Shown here: positions 45,450-54,233 of the stretch, in pieces
How the letters are laid out: the number at the start of each line of letters is the position of its first letter
Position numbering within the stretch: the stretch's first letter is position 1
NCBI GenBank assembly: GCA_049889215.1
Contig: JBMHDV010000004.1
Span: 30,828-94,827 of the forward strand
Length of the DNA: 64,000 nucleotides
Direction: 5' to 3'
Source of the DNA: Candidatus Marinamargulisbacteria bacterium
GTDB taxonomy: Bacteria > Margulisbacteria > Marinamargulisbacteria > UBA817
Made by a program: the position numbers and the translations under genes
The notes under the pieces: generated by a model
Databases searched by the model: none
What the model was told of the DNA's origin: nothing
Seen by the model: the letters and a program-made list of their open reading frames with translations, nothing else

Positions 45450-47606
45450 TTAAATACTCAACTGCACATCAATGGCGGTAAAAAATGATGCCATTCGCTT
45501 AGGAACCGGGCCATACCGGTCTTTACATTCTAACTGCAACTTTTTTAAAGCCATGCGATTTTGAACACTTAACAATCGCTGGTACATGGCCAAGCGCTCC
45601 TTATCATCAACAATATATGTATTGGGAATAAATACATTCGGGTGCTTTTTTAACGAAATTAACGCCGTCTGCTCAACGTCCTGACCACGCACCTTTTTAA
45701 TATTTTCATCCAATAATTTGCAGTACAAATCAAACCCAATGGATGTTAAATGGCCCGACTGTTTTTCACCCAGCAACGTGCCTGCACCTCGAATTTCCAA
45801 ATCCTTCATGGCCAACTGATACCCAACACCCAAGCCAACCGCTTCTTTTAGCGCCTGTAAACGAGACATGCTTTCTTCAGTAATTTCAGACGCATTAGGA
45901 AACAAAATATACGCATGCGCTTGAATGGCACAACGCCCCACCCGACCACGGATTTGGTGAATTTGCGATAACCCCAATCGGTCAGCTCGGTTAATGATGA
46001 TGGTATTTGCATTCTGAATATCGAGGCCATTTTCTATAATGGTCGTGCATAACAACACATCAAACTCGTTATTATAAAAAGCCAACATCACATCTTCCAG
46101 TTCGGTGGCTCGCATTTGACCATGAGCAATACGAACCCTCAACCCTGGCACCAAATCGATTAATTGCGACTCAACCATGGGCAACTGATCAATATGATTA
46201 TGCAAGAAATACACCTGCCCGCCCCTGGCCAATTCATTTTGAATCGCTGTTTTAATCACATCCAATGAGTACTCACTAATAACCGTTCGAATGGGCATTC
46301 GGCCCTGTGGCGGTGTTGCCAATGTGGATATCGCTTTGGCACCCGTTAATGACATATAAAGGGTCCGCGGGATGGGGGTTGCTGATGTGGTTAAAACATC
46401 AATATTGGTGGTCATCGCCTTGATCTTTTCTTTATGCTTTACTCCAAACCGCTGCTCTTCATCCACAATCACCAGACCCAAATCTTTGGGCTCAACATCA
46501 GCACTTAATAAACGATGAGTGCCAATAAGAATATCGATCCGATGCGCCCTAAATGCAGCTAGAACTTGTTTATTTTTTGCAGACGTTCGCATACGAGACA
46601 CACAATCCACGGCAATATTCAAACCGTCACAACGTGCTTTGAACGTATTATAATGCTGATCACATAAAATAGTGGTTGGCACCAACACCATCACCTGCTT
46701 TAAATTTAGCGCGGCTTTTACTGCCGCACGTAATATAATCTCTGTTTTACCAAACCCAACATCTCCACACACCAACCGATCCATGGGCATATCCGATTCC
46801 ATATCCCGCTTCACATCCACCAATGCACGCAATTGGTCTGGGGTTTCTTTGAATGGAAATCCCATTTCGAAGGTTAATTGAGCATCTGTATCCGGCGAAA
46901 ATGCAAACCCTTTCACCCGTTGTCGCTTCTTAAACAACTCATAAATGTCTTCTGCAATATTTTTAAGGGCACGATGCGCCTGGCGACGGGTTCGTTCCCA
47001 CCCGCCATCATATAAACCATTTAAACGAGGTCGTGCATCAGAGCCAGAATACCGATGAATTAACGGAATTTGATCCAACGGCATGTACAGTTTATCCGTC
47101 CCTTTAAATTGAATTAAAATATACTCCCCTTCTTGATCCCCAACCGCCAATCGCGTAAATCCTTTGTAAATGCCAATGCCATAACGTTCATGAACCACAT
47201 AGTCCCCCGCTTGAATATTGGCCATTAACTCTGAATTCAATACGCGAGTGTCATAATCCAAGCGTTTACCTTCGCGAACATCAACGGGCAATATCGTGGT
47301 TTTATCTAATTTTGTAATAGTTCGCTGGGTATCAACACGAAATGAGTTAATTCGATCCAACGCATCAGAGAAAAAGTCCAATCGTATGGGCTGATTCTGA
47401 TTGGTTGGAAACACATCAACAATTGAGCCTTTCACAGCATAGGTCCCTTGTTCGATCACCATCCCTACACGATCGTAATGATAATCGATTAATGTTTGAA
47501 TCACATTGTCGCGCTGAATTGCGGCACCTACCGATAATGCTAAAGCCATGCTAATACTGTATCCATTCCCACCAAATTTCTCAAATAGGACCGTTTTATT
47601 TAACAA
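45450..47606 (-). CDS. mfd: Transcription-repair coupling factor Mfd, strongly shortened form (718 aa; TTG start)
   Basis: CarD-like RID GDYVVHERYGIGIYKGF. Helicase motifs GDVGFGKTE, DEEQRFG, SATPIPRT and QIRGRVGR. TRG-region AGTLLGEKQSGH. The frame is closed by a TGA 27 nt upstream of the TTG. Confidence 0.85.
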   Translation of the reverse strand: MLNKTVLFEKFGGNGYSISMALALSVGAAIQRDNVIQTLIDYHYDRVGMVIEQGTYAVKGSIVDVFPTNQNQPIRLDFFSDALDRINSFRVDTQRTITKLDKTTILPVDVREGKRLDYDTRVLNSELMANIQAGDYVVHERYGIGIYKGFTRLAVGDQEGEYILIQFKGTDKLYMPLDQIPLIHRYSGSDARPRLNGLYDGGWERTRRQAHRALKNIAEDIYELFKKRQRVKGFAFSPDTDAQLTFEMGFPFKETPDQLRALVDVKRDMESDMPMDRLVCGDVGFGKTEIILRAAVKAALNLKQVMVLVPTTILCDQHYNTFKARCDGLNIAVDCVSRMRTSAKNKQVLAAFRAHRIDILIGTHRLLSADVEPKDLGLVIVDEEQRFGVKHKEKIKAMTTNIDVLTTSATPIPRTLYMSLTGAKAISTLATPPQGRMPIRTVISEYSLDVIKTAIQNELARGGQVYFLHNHIDQLPMVESQLIDLVPGLRVRIAHGQMRATELEDVMLAFYNNEFDVLLCTTIIENGLDIQNANTIIINRADRLGLSQIHQIRGRVGRCAIQAHAYILFPNASEITEESMSRLQALKEAVGLGVGYQLAMKDLEIRGAGTLLGEKQSGHLTSIGFDLYCKLLDENIKKVRGQDVEQTALISLKKHPNVFIPNTYIVDDKERLAMYQRLLSVQNRMALKKLQLECKDRYGPVPKRMASFFTAIDVQLSI

Positions 47607-47618
47607 AACCGAATTGAA

Positions 47619-48677
47619 TTGCGATATAATTCAATCATGATTCAAATCGGCATTGATAGCTTTGCAGCCAATAATTCAGAGGTTACTGACGCAGCCATTA
47701 ATCAGCAAGCGATGGACGAACTTTTAAGCCAAATTGAGTTTGCCGATCAGAACGGCATTGAACTATATGGCATTGGGGAACACCATCGCAAAGAATACAT
47801 GGACTCTGCACCGACCGTTATTTTAGCCGCCGCTGCAGCTCGGACTAAAAATATTCGTTTGACGAGTGCCGTTACAGTGTTGAGTGCCGCTGACCCAGTT
47901 CGTGTGTTTCAACAACATGCCACACTGGATGTGATTTCAAAAGGGCGTGCCGAAATGGTGGTTGGACGAGGCTCGTTTTCCGAAGCCTTCCCCCTATTTG
48001 GGTTCAGCTTTAATGACTATGACGACCTATATGAGGAAAAACTGGATCTACTATTAAAGATACGCGCCAATGAAACCTTGAGTTGGCAAGGCCAATTTCG
48101 ACCTGAATTGGTTGAGCAATCCATTTATCCGCGCCCTGTTCAAGAAGAACTCCCCATTTGGGTTGGCGTTGGTGGCACTCCCGAGTCGTGCATCCGTGCT
48201 GGACGATTGGGGCTGCCTTTAATGATCGCCATAATTGGCGGCGAAACCCACCGGTTTAATTACCATACCAAAATCTACAAACAAGCGGGGCTTGATGCTG
48301 GGCATGATCCCGCAAAGCTTAATGTAGGCATCCATTCGTTGGGCTATGTTGCAGAAACCACCGAGCAAGCCCTGGAAGAATTCTACCCTGGCTATAAAAA
48401 AGTGTTTGATCAAATTGGCAAAGAGCGTGGGTGGTCACCGGTAACAAAGGATCACTTCTTAATGCAAACTGGACCATTGGGTGCATTGGTGGTTGGCAGC
48501 CCGGATGATGTGGCTCATAAAATCATGCGCCATAGTGAGGCCCTCGGCGGTTTATCCCGATTCACCTTCCAGATGAACGTGGCTGCACTCAATCATCAAC
48601 AAGTGATGAGATCCATTGAATTAATTGGCAACGAAGTTATGCCACGCTTGCATGCCATTCAGTCAACATCACATTAA
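47619..48677 (+). CDS. LLM-class flavin-dependent oxidoreductase (luciferase-like monooxygenase family)
   Basis: IGIDSFAA..YGIGEHH and TIM-barrel LLM motifs. The probable start is ATG 47637 (MIQIGIDSF). Confidence 0.75.
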   Translation: MRYNSIMIQIGIDSFAANNSEVTDAAINQQAMDELLSQIEFADQNGIELYGIGEHHRKEYMDSAPTVILAAAAARTKNIRLTSAVTVLSAADPVRVFQQHATLDVISKGRAEMVVGRGSFSEAFPLFGFSFNDYDDLYEEKLDLLLKIRANETLSWQGQFRPELVEQSIYPRPVQEELPIWVGVGGTPESCIRAGRLGLPLMIAIIGGETHRFNYHTKIYKQAGLDAGHDPAKLNVGIHSLGYVAETTEQALEEFYPGYKKVFDQIGKERGWSPVTKDHFLMQTGPLGALVVGSPDDVAHKIMRHSEALGGLSRFTFQMNVAALNHQQVMRSIELIGNEVMPRLHAIQSTSH

Positions 48678-49288
48678 TTAATCACTTGATACGCCAACGA
48701 TAGAACATTCACCTGGGAAACCCCATATTGTCGGAGTAACCGCGCAATTTCCATCATTGTTGCCCCAGTCGTACACACATCATCCAGGATGGTGACTGAT
48801 TGGACACCTGGTGGGCCACGCCATTCAAACCGTGGCCGCTGGGACGCAACCACACGATACTGACGGGATTGCCCAACAGAGGCACGACCATACCGTTTAC
48901 GAACCAGCCAACCCCGTTGATGTAAGTGGGGACGTAAACAGGGTTTAAATAATTCAGGCAAATGGGGACGGCCTCGTAATAACTGGCGAAGCCAATGAGA
49001 TGGTACTGTTAGAATGGCATCAACATCTAAAAATATCGGTGGGATGTGCTGAATATAATTAAACCCTGCCAACACATGTACCAACCCTAAATTTCCACGG
49101 TATTTAATGTCATGAATAATAGGTTGAATTGGGCCCTCATAAGCATACAAATAGCCACCCAAACAGATATTGGGCATGGTCGGCAATAACTGAACTTCGG
49201 GTATTAAATTAGTCTTACAATCATCACAAAATCGTTGCCACGTATAGTTCGAACAACACAAACATTGCATATCCCCCTCCTCATTCAA
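48674..49288 (-). CDS. comF: ComF family protein (phosphoribosyltransferase domain)
   Basis: N-terminal Cys pairs (CLCC..x..CDDC) and the C-terminal PRTase motif ILDDVCTTGATM. Confidence 0.75.
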   Translation of the reverse strand: MNEEGDMQCLCCSNYTWQRFCDDCKTNLIPEVQLLPTMPNICLGGYLYAYEGPIQPIIHDIKYRGNLGLVHVLAGFNYIQHIPPIFLDVDAILTVPSHWLRQLLRGRPHLPELFKPCLRPHLHQRGWLVRKRYGRASVGQSRQYRVVASQRPRFEWRGPPGVQSVTILDDVCTTGATMMEIARLLRQYGVSQVNVLSLAYQVIN

Positions 49289-49307
49289 ACTATATCATAT
49301 AATTCAC

Positions 49308-49751
49308 TTAGCGCTTGCCCTGATCTTTAAAAAAGGACCGCATTAACAACACCACATCATCATTTGGAATAAAGGTTGTATCACAATGATGATTTAGTTG
49401 AGCGTGATTTGAAAAATCCATGACAGTGCCACACGCCCCCCAACGCAGGTCTTTTGCCAAATAAACAATGTGTGCAATACGTGCTTGAATAATTGCACCT
49501 AAACACATTGGGCAAGGTTCCAGCGTCGATACCAACGTTGCTCCTGATAAGCGCCAATCCCCAATGGCGCTTGCAGCTTGGCGAATCGCTAAAATTTCGG
49601 CATGCGCTGCCGGATCCTTTAAGATCTCTTTTTGGTTATACCCCTCTCCAATAACCTTGCCGTCCAAAACAACAACAGCACCAACTGGAAATTCACCGTG
49701 CTCAGCTGCTCGCTGTGCACAGGAAATAGCTTCGTTAATACCAATCATCAA
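49308..49751 (-). CDS. tadA: tRNA adenosine(34) deaminase
   Basis: HAEILAI and PCPMCLGAI CDA zinc motifs. Length is 147 aa. Confidence 0.9.
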   Translation of the reverse strand: MMIGINEAISCAQRAAEHGEFPVGAVVVLDGKVIGEGYNQKEILKDPAAHAEILAIRQAASAIGDWRLSGATLVSTLEPCPMCLGAIIQARIAHIVYLAKDLRWGACGTVMDFSNHAQLNHHCDTTFIPNDDVVLLMRSFFKDQGKR

Positions 49752-50056
49752 TTAAAGTTAATGGTAATTGGTGGAAAATCATCCTCTGGACCACCATCGT
49801 CATCATCAGAATAACCAAAATCGTCATCATAATTATCCAAATTCTTTTGAAGCATTTTTACCAATCGACGCACATGGTCGGGGTGCAACACCACCCGAGA
49901 TCGTACTTCACCTGTTTTAGTATTTGGGTGCAAGAACACAAAATCCAAAACAAACTCTTCGTGATTATAATTAGCCACACCCAAGTTGGCATACACGCCA
50001 TTGGCAATATCAGGCGGACATTGAATTGGAATCCGTTCGTTTTGTTGATCAGACAC
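49748..50056 (-). CDS. DUF3467-family small protein
   Basis: GVYANLGVANYNHEEFVLDFVFLHP..VRSRVVLHPDHVRRLVKMLQKNLDNY matches the conserved DUF3467 pattern. The C-terminal tail is acidic. Confidence 0.65.
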   Translation of the reverse strand: MSDQQNERIPIQCPPDIANGVYANLGVANYNHEEFVLDFVFLHPNTKTGEVRSRVVLHPDHVRRLVKMLQKNLDNYDDDFGYSDDDDGGPEDDFPPITINFN

Positions 50057-50622
50057 TATTTAACCCTTTCGATGTATTCACCGGTATCAGTATTCACCTT
50101 AATTCGATCACCTTCTTTAATGAAAGCCGGCGCCTGAACCGTCATGCCATTATCAACTTCGATAGGGCGTAGCGATGAGCTTGCCGTTGCTTTTCTAATT
50201 TCTGGCGGTGCAGTTGTTACCGTAAATTCAACCGAGCTTGGCAATTCAATATCCACCGGTGTGGATTCATGAAATGCAACATTATAGGACTGCTCTTCAG
50301 TTAAATACCACTTTTTATCACCAACAAAATCCGTTTCTAGGGTAACTTGTTCAAATGTTTCATTATCCATAAAATGAAACCCTTGGTGATCATCATATAA
50401 ATATTGCATGGGCTTAGAAATCACAGATACACGCTCAACACGATCCGCTGAACGAAACCGTTTTTCCATATTTTTACCATTAAAAATATTCTTTAATTTG
50501 GTTTGCATGCAAGCAACCCCCTTACCAGGCGTAACATGCTGGGTTTTATTTACCTTATACAAATCCCCATCTACTTTTAATATCATCCCCACCCGTATTT
50601 GTGTTGCAACGACTTGTTCCAT
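50056..50622 (-). CDS. efp: Elongation factor P
   Basis: Matches the EF-P family along its full length (188 aa), including the KPGKG-type loop (TPGKGVA). Confidence 0.95.
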   Translation of the reverse strand: MEQVVATQIRVGMILKVDGDLYKVNKTQHVTPGKGVACMQTKLKNIFNGKNMEKRFRSADRVERVSVISKPMQYLYDDHQGFHFMDNETFEQVTLETDFVGDKKWYLTEEQSYNVAFHESTPVDIELPSSVEFTVTTAPPEIRKATASSSLRPIEVDNGMTVQAPAFIKEGDRIKVNTDTGEYIERVK

Positions 50623-50722
50623 GTTCGCTCCTCCTAATATTGTTATCGATTGGTTGTAAAAACGATTTAATTTTATCAGTTATTGCAAAAAGCCAACAGT
50701 AAAAACTAATTACAAGCCCAAA

Positions 50723-50770
50723 TTCACCGATAATAACCATATATAGAATGGGGGGATTATTATCGGTGAA
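50723..50770. repeat. Perfect 14-bp inverted repeat with a 20-nt spacer in the efp upstream region
   Basis: TTCACCGATAATAA-N20-TTATTATCGGTGAA, read directly from the sequence. It lies 100-150 nt upstream of the efp ATG. Confidence 0.9.
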
Positions 50771-50893
50771 ATACGACCACATAAACCAAAACTAAATTCA
50801 TTTACGGCAAAAAAAACAGTTTTACGTACAAAAAACAAACAAAATACACCACTATCACCACTAAAAGTAACATCCCGAGCGTATTCAACAACA

Positions 50894-51466
50894 TTGGGAC
50901 ACTTATTCAGATCTGGTGAAAGCAATGACAACAGAAGCATTCGCCGAGCCATCATCCAAAAGTTTTATACACTTGATCAGCATTGTGAATTTTTAACTGA
51001 AGACGAATGGAACACCGTTGATGCACTTGTTGGTTCGAACATATACAAAGAGACAACCCATCGTGGCCAAAAAGAAAAAAACGCCTATACAACGGCCATG
51101 CATGAAGCTCATTCTGGCCGAAAATTTAAAGGAAAGGATCACACCAATCATGTGATTCAAGGAAGTAACCGCATCTTAAATTTTCTTTTAAAATCGGCTG
51201 AACCATCAGAGAACCTAAACATTATTTTAAATTTACTCCTTGAATGCGCCTTTATTATTGAACAAGATGAAAATGTTGCACCAAATCAAATGACGCATAG
51301 CTGTAATGAATCAAAATATAAAGCTGAGTTTCTAGCAAAATTTAAAGAAGGTAGCTTGGTTTCAAATAAGGATTTTGAAAAGCTAAAACAACTAACCATT
51401 GACATTAATTTAAATGAGTACCTAACAAATACTGAAAAAAGTGGCACTCAACGACGACTATTTTAA
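50894..51466 (+). CDS. Hypothetical protein (190 aa; TTG start, uncertain)
   Basis: ORF only. No ATG lies near the 5' end and no family is recognised. Confidence 0.3.
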   Translation: MGHLFRSGESNDNRSIRRAIIQKFYTLDQHCEFLTEDEWNTVDALVGSNIYKETTHRGQKEKNAYTTAMHEAHSGRKFKGKDHTNHVIQGSNRILNFLLKSAEPSENLNIILNLLLECAFIIEQDENVAPNQMTHSCNESKYKAEFLAKFKEGSLVSNKDFEKLKQLTIDINLNEYLTNTEKSGTQRRLF

Positions 51467-52302
51467 GTATTCACTTGAACTGATAATCGTTGTAATTTTG
51501 GACCATGACACTCGGATGTCATCGAGGGTAACTCTACTTGATGAAATAACTTCAATGGTTGCCCAACCAATGCCGCTTTAGCTCCCTCATAATGCAATTC
51601 AACATCAGCGTCATCGACAGCAACTTTCTGCCAAGATGATGTTGTGGACTCTCGCATCAACAATTGTCGATTAAGATTAATATCTAACTCAGTGACCCCA
51701 ATGGTTGCATCATTATCATAAATGGCAATCTCGTCCGCTAAGCGTGCCGCAACCTCAATAGCATAACTGGCATTGCATGGTTGGTCGAGCAACCCATAAA
51801 AACGAGTTATCACAGGTTGCTTAAACACACGAGCGTCTTCGAACAAAGTGATTTGCATCGCCTTTCCACTATCACGGTGTAACGTGGTTGGAAAATACCA
51901 ATCATCACGATGTTTTAGCGGCAATGCAACCATTCTAAAATGAGTGTTAAATGTTGTTGGTGGCCCTGTTGGAAAATCGGACGCGCACAGCACCGCTTGA
52001 AAAAACTGCAGGCTTGGCGCTAAAGAATTCAACATTGAAACAGAAGACACTGAAACATCATCATCGCTGATTGTTACACCATTTGGAGAAACAAACAGAG
52101 TGGCAGGATCAGATGACACCAGCAGGAGTTGCTCCACATCCACGTTGACTCGAGGCGTCTTAAAAATTGCAACACCGTTTCGACATAATGCATTATGAAC
52201 ATCACGTTGTGGTGGCCACCTAAATTGACGATTGGTACTGAAACGTTTAATTTGAGTTGTGCATTGTAGTCTCACCCGAATACTATAACACAGTGCAGTC
52301 AC
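51463..52302 (-). CDS. Hypothetical protein (279 aa), possibly 2OG-Fe(II)-oxygenase-like
   Basis: An HxD...H arrangement (TLHRDSG ... KLFHQVE) is the only hint. Confidence 0.35.
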   Translation of the reverse strand: MTALCYSIRVRLQCTTQIKRFSTNRQFRWPPQRDVHNALCRNGVAIFKTPRVNVDVEQLLLVSSDPATLFVSPNGVTISDDDVSVSSVSMLNSLAPSLQFFQAVLCASDFPTGPPTTFNTHFRMVALPLKHRDDWYFPTTLHRDSGKAMQITLFEDARVFKQPVITRFYGLLDQPCNASYAIEVAARLADEIAIYDNDATIGVTELDINLNRQLLMRESTTSSWQKVAVDDADVELHYEGAKAALVGQPLKLFHQVELPSMTSECHGPKLQRLSVQVNT

Positions 52303-52329
52303 TGAATAACTAAATATTGATGAATCATA

Positions 52330-54186
52330 ATGTTACCGTATAATAAAATAATGAAGCGATTCGTGTTACTGATACTACTTTTTTGCTCACCGATGGTAAA
52401 TGCCGCGATTGATTGGGTAGTGATTGGCAAATCTGCAAACAATCAACTCATTACTGAAGTCCGTCACACCCTCCCTAAAGGATGGCACACCTATTGGAAA
52501 AATCCTGGTGATAGTGGGGATCGCGCACGCATTTCAACAAAACAGACGGATATCAGTTTGGGGGATTTGCAATTTCCAAAACCAACTGTTATTCCTGTTG
52601 ATCCACTAATCACTTATGGCTATAACGATCATGTCACCTATACACTACCCATTAAAAAAATCCCTTTATCAACCAAAGAAGTTACAGCTGTATTTAGTTG
52701 GCTCGAATGCAAAGAGCTTTGCATTCCTAAAGAACAAAAAATCACATTAACCATACCATCATCCATCCAAAATATCGCATCTCCAACCGTCCAAAAAACC
52801 ATCACCACAACGATCGTTAAAAAAGGTAAACGGATATTTATCACCCTACCAGATAATACAACAACCGCTCAGTTTTTCCCGCTTAAAAACAACCAAATTA
52901 ACCCATTAACCCAACATGTAAAAAATGATCAATTAATCATCACTCTTACAGATAAAAGCATCACTACCCTATATGGTGAATTATTTTTAAATGACCATCA
53001 AACCCCGATTAAAGTTTCACAAAAAATCTCAACATCCCAACATTCTATTATTGGGATTATTTGGATTATGATAACCGCTTTTTTGGGTGGTTTACTGTTA
53101 AATATAATGCCTTGTGTATTACCTATATTAGGCATTAAGGCCATTCAATTAAATCAAAACGAAAGCAATCAAAAATATAAAGATGCCCTTGGGTACATTA
53201 TTGGAATCACAGGTTCACTTTTAACTTTATACTTTATACTAATCAGCATAAAAATATCAGGCGCTAGTATTGGCTGGGGATTTCAATTGCAGTCCCCCAT
53301 CATGATTCAATCACTTATTTTATTGTTCACTTTAATCATGTGCATTAACTTGGATTTAATTCAGATCCCATTACCTTCATTTGCATCAAAAAAAAGCAAT
53401 AATATGATACTTAGCGGAATACTAACCACACTGATAGCAACCCCATGCACTGCACCTTTTTTAGGCAGCGCGTTATCAATTGCATTATTGCAATCTCCGT
53501 TTATTGGCGTAATTATTTTCCTATCCATGAGCGTCGGGTTGGCATTGCCAATGGTATGCATTATCATCATGCCCTATTTTAGACAATTAATTCCCAAATC
53601 GGGTCAATGGAATCAATCATTCAAATACTATTTAAATATTGGGTTTGTCGTCACAATTGGGTGGTTCATGTGGATATTAAGTGCACAAATAAGCACATCC
53701 GCTACACTGGCCTTTTTTAGTAGCATAATCACACTCTTTTGTTTATTCATATTCAGGTCAAGAACAGGTCTGTTAAAACCTTTAATCATTTTAATTTTAA
53801 CCATTTGTGTTGGATTACCATCCATTCTTATGACATCAAATAATTCTACTGATTGGGCTGCATATTCCAAAGATTATATAGAAGAGCTGGAATATAATAA
53901 TCAGCCTTATTTTATTGATATTACTGCAAAGTGGTGCATCACTTGCCAAACAAACAAATTGACAGTCCTCAATACAACTGAAGGAAAAGCACTATTCAAG
54001 TCACAATCGATCCAGCGAGTTCAAGCGGATTGGACCAATAAAAACAAGGACGTTTCCAACCTATTAGCTAAATACAACAAGGTCAGTATTCCCACATACA
54101 TTTACTTTGATGGCCAATCCCACAAAGTAACAGGTGACATTCTTACATTACGCAAGTTAAAAACATTTTTAAGCCAACCAGAATAA
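52330..54186 (+). CDS. dsbD: Thiol:disulfide interchange protein DsbD/ScsB-like (three-domain)
   Basis: N-terminal domain GWHTYWKNPGDSG..WLECKELCIP. Membrane core with LNIMPCVLPILG and IATPCTAPFLG. C-terminal thioredoxin AKWCITCQ. The likely start is MKRFVLL at 52351. Confidence 0.85.
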   Translation: MLPYNKIMKRFVLLILLFCSPMVNAAIDWVVIGKSANNQLITEVRHTLPKGWHTYWKNPGDSGDRARISTKQTDISLGDLQFPKPTVIPVDPLITYGYNDHVTYTLPIKKIPLSTKEVTAVFSWLECKELCIPKEQKITLTIPSSIQNIASPTVQKTITTTIVKKGKRIFITLPDNTTTAQFFPLKNNQINPLTQHVKNDQLIITLTDKSITTLYGELFLNDHQTPIKVSQKISTSQHSIIGIIWIMITAFLGGLLLNIMPCVLPILGIKAIQLNQNESNQKYKDALGYIIGITGSLLTLYFILISIKISGASIGWGFQLQSPIMIQSLILLFTLIMCINLDLIQIPLPSFASKKSNNMILSGILTTLIATPCTAPFLGSALSIALLQSPFIGVIIFLSMSVGLALPMVCIIIMPYFRQLIPKSGQWNQSFKYYLNIGFVVTIGWFMWILSAQISTSATLAFFSSIITLFCLFIFRSRTGLLKPLIILILTICVGLPSILMTSNNSTDWAAYSKDYIEELEYNNQPYFIDITAKWCITCQTNKLTVLNTTEGKALFKSQSIQRVQADWTNKNKDVSNLLAKYNKVSIPTYIYFDGQSHKVTGDILTLRKLKTFLSQPE

Positions 54187-54233
54187 TTATCTTGTTTAAG
54201 GCTCTCGTTTTTACTACTATATAAAGTATTCTC

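Noticed and set aside
50555-50955. 75-aa and 81-aa minus-strand ORFs in the efp upstream region
   Set aside because: They have no Shine-Dalgarno, they overlap the efp start or the intergenic palindrome, and their composition is implausible. The region is treated as non-coding.
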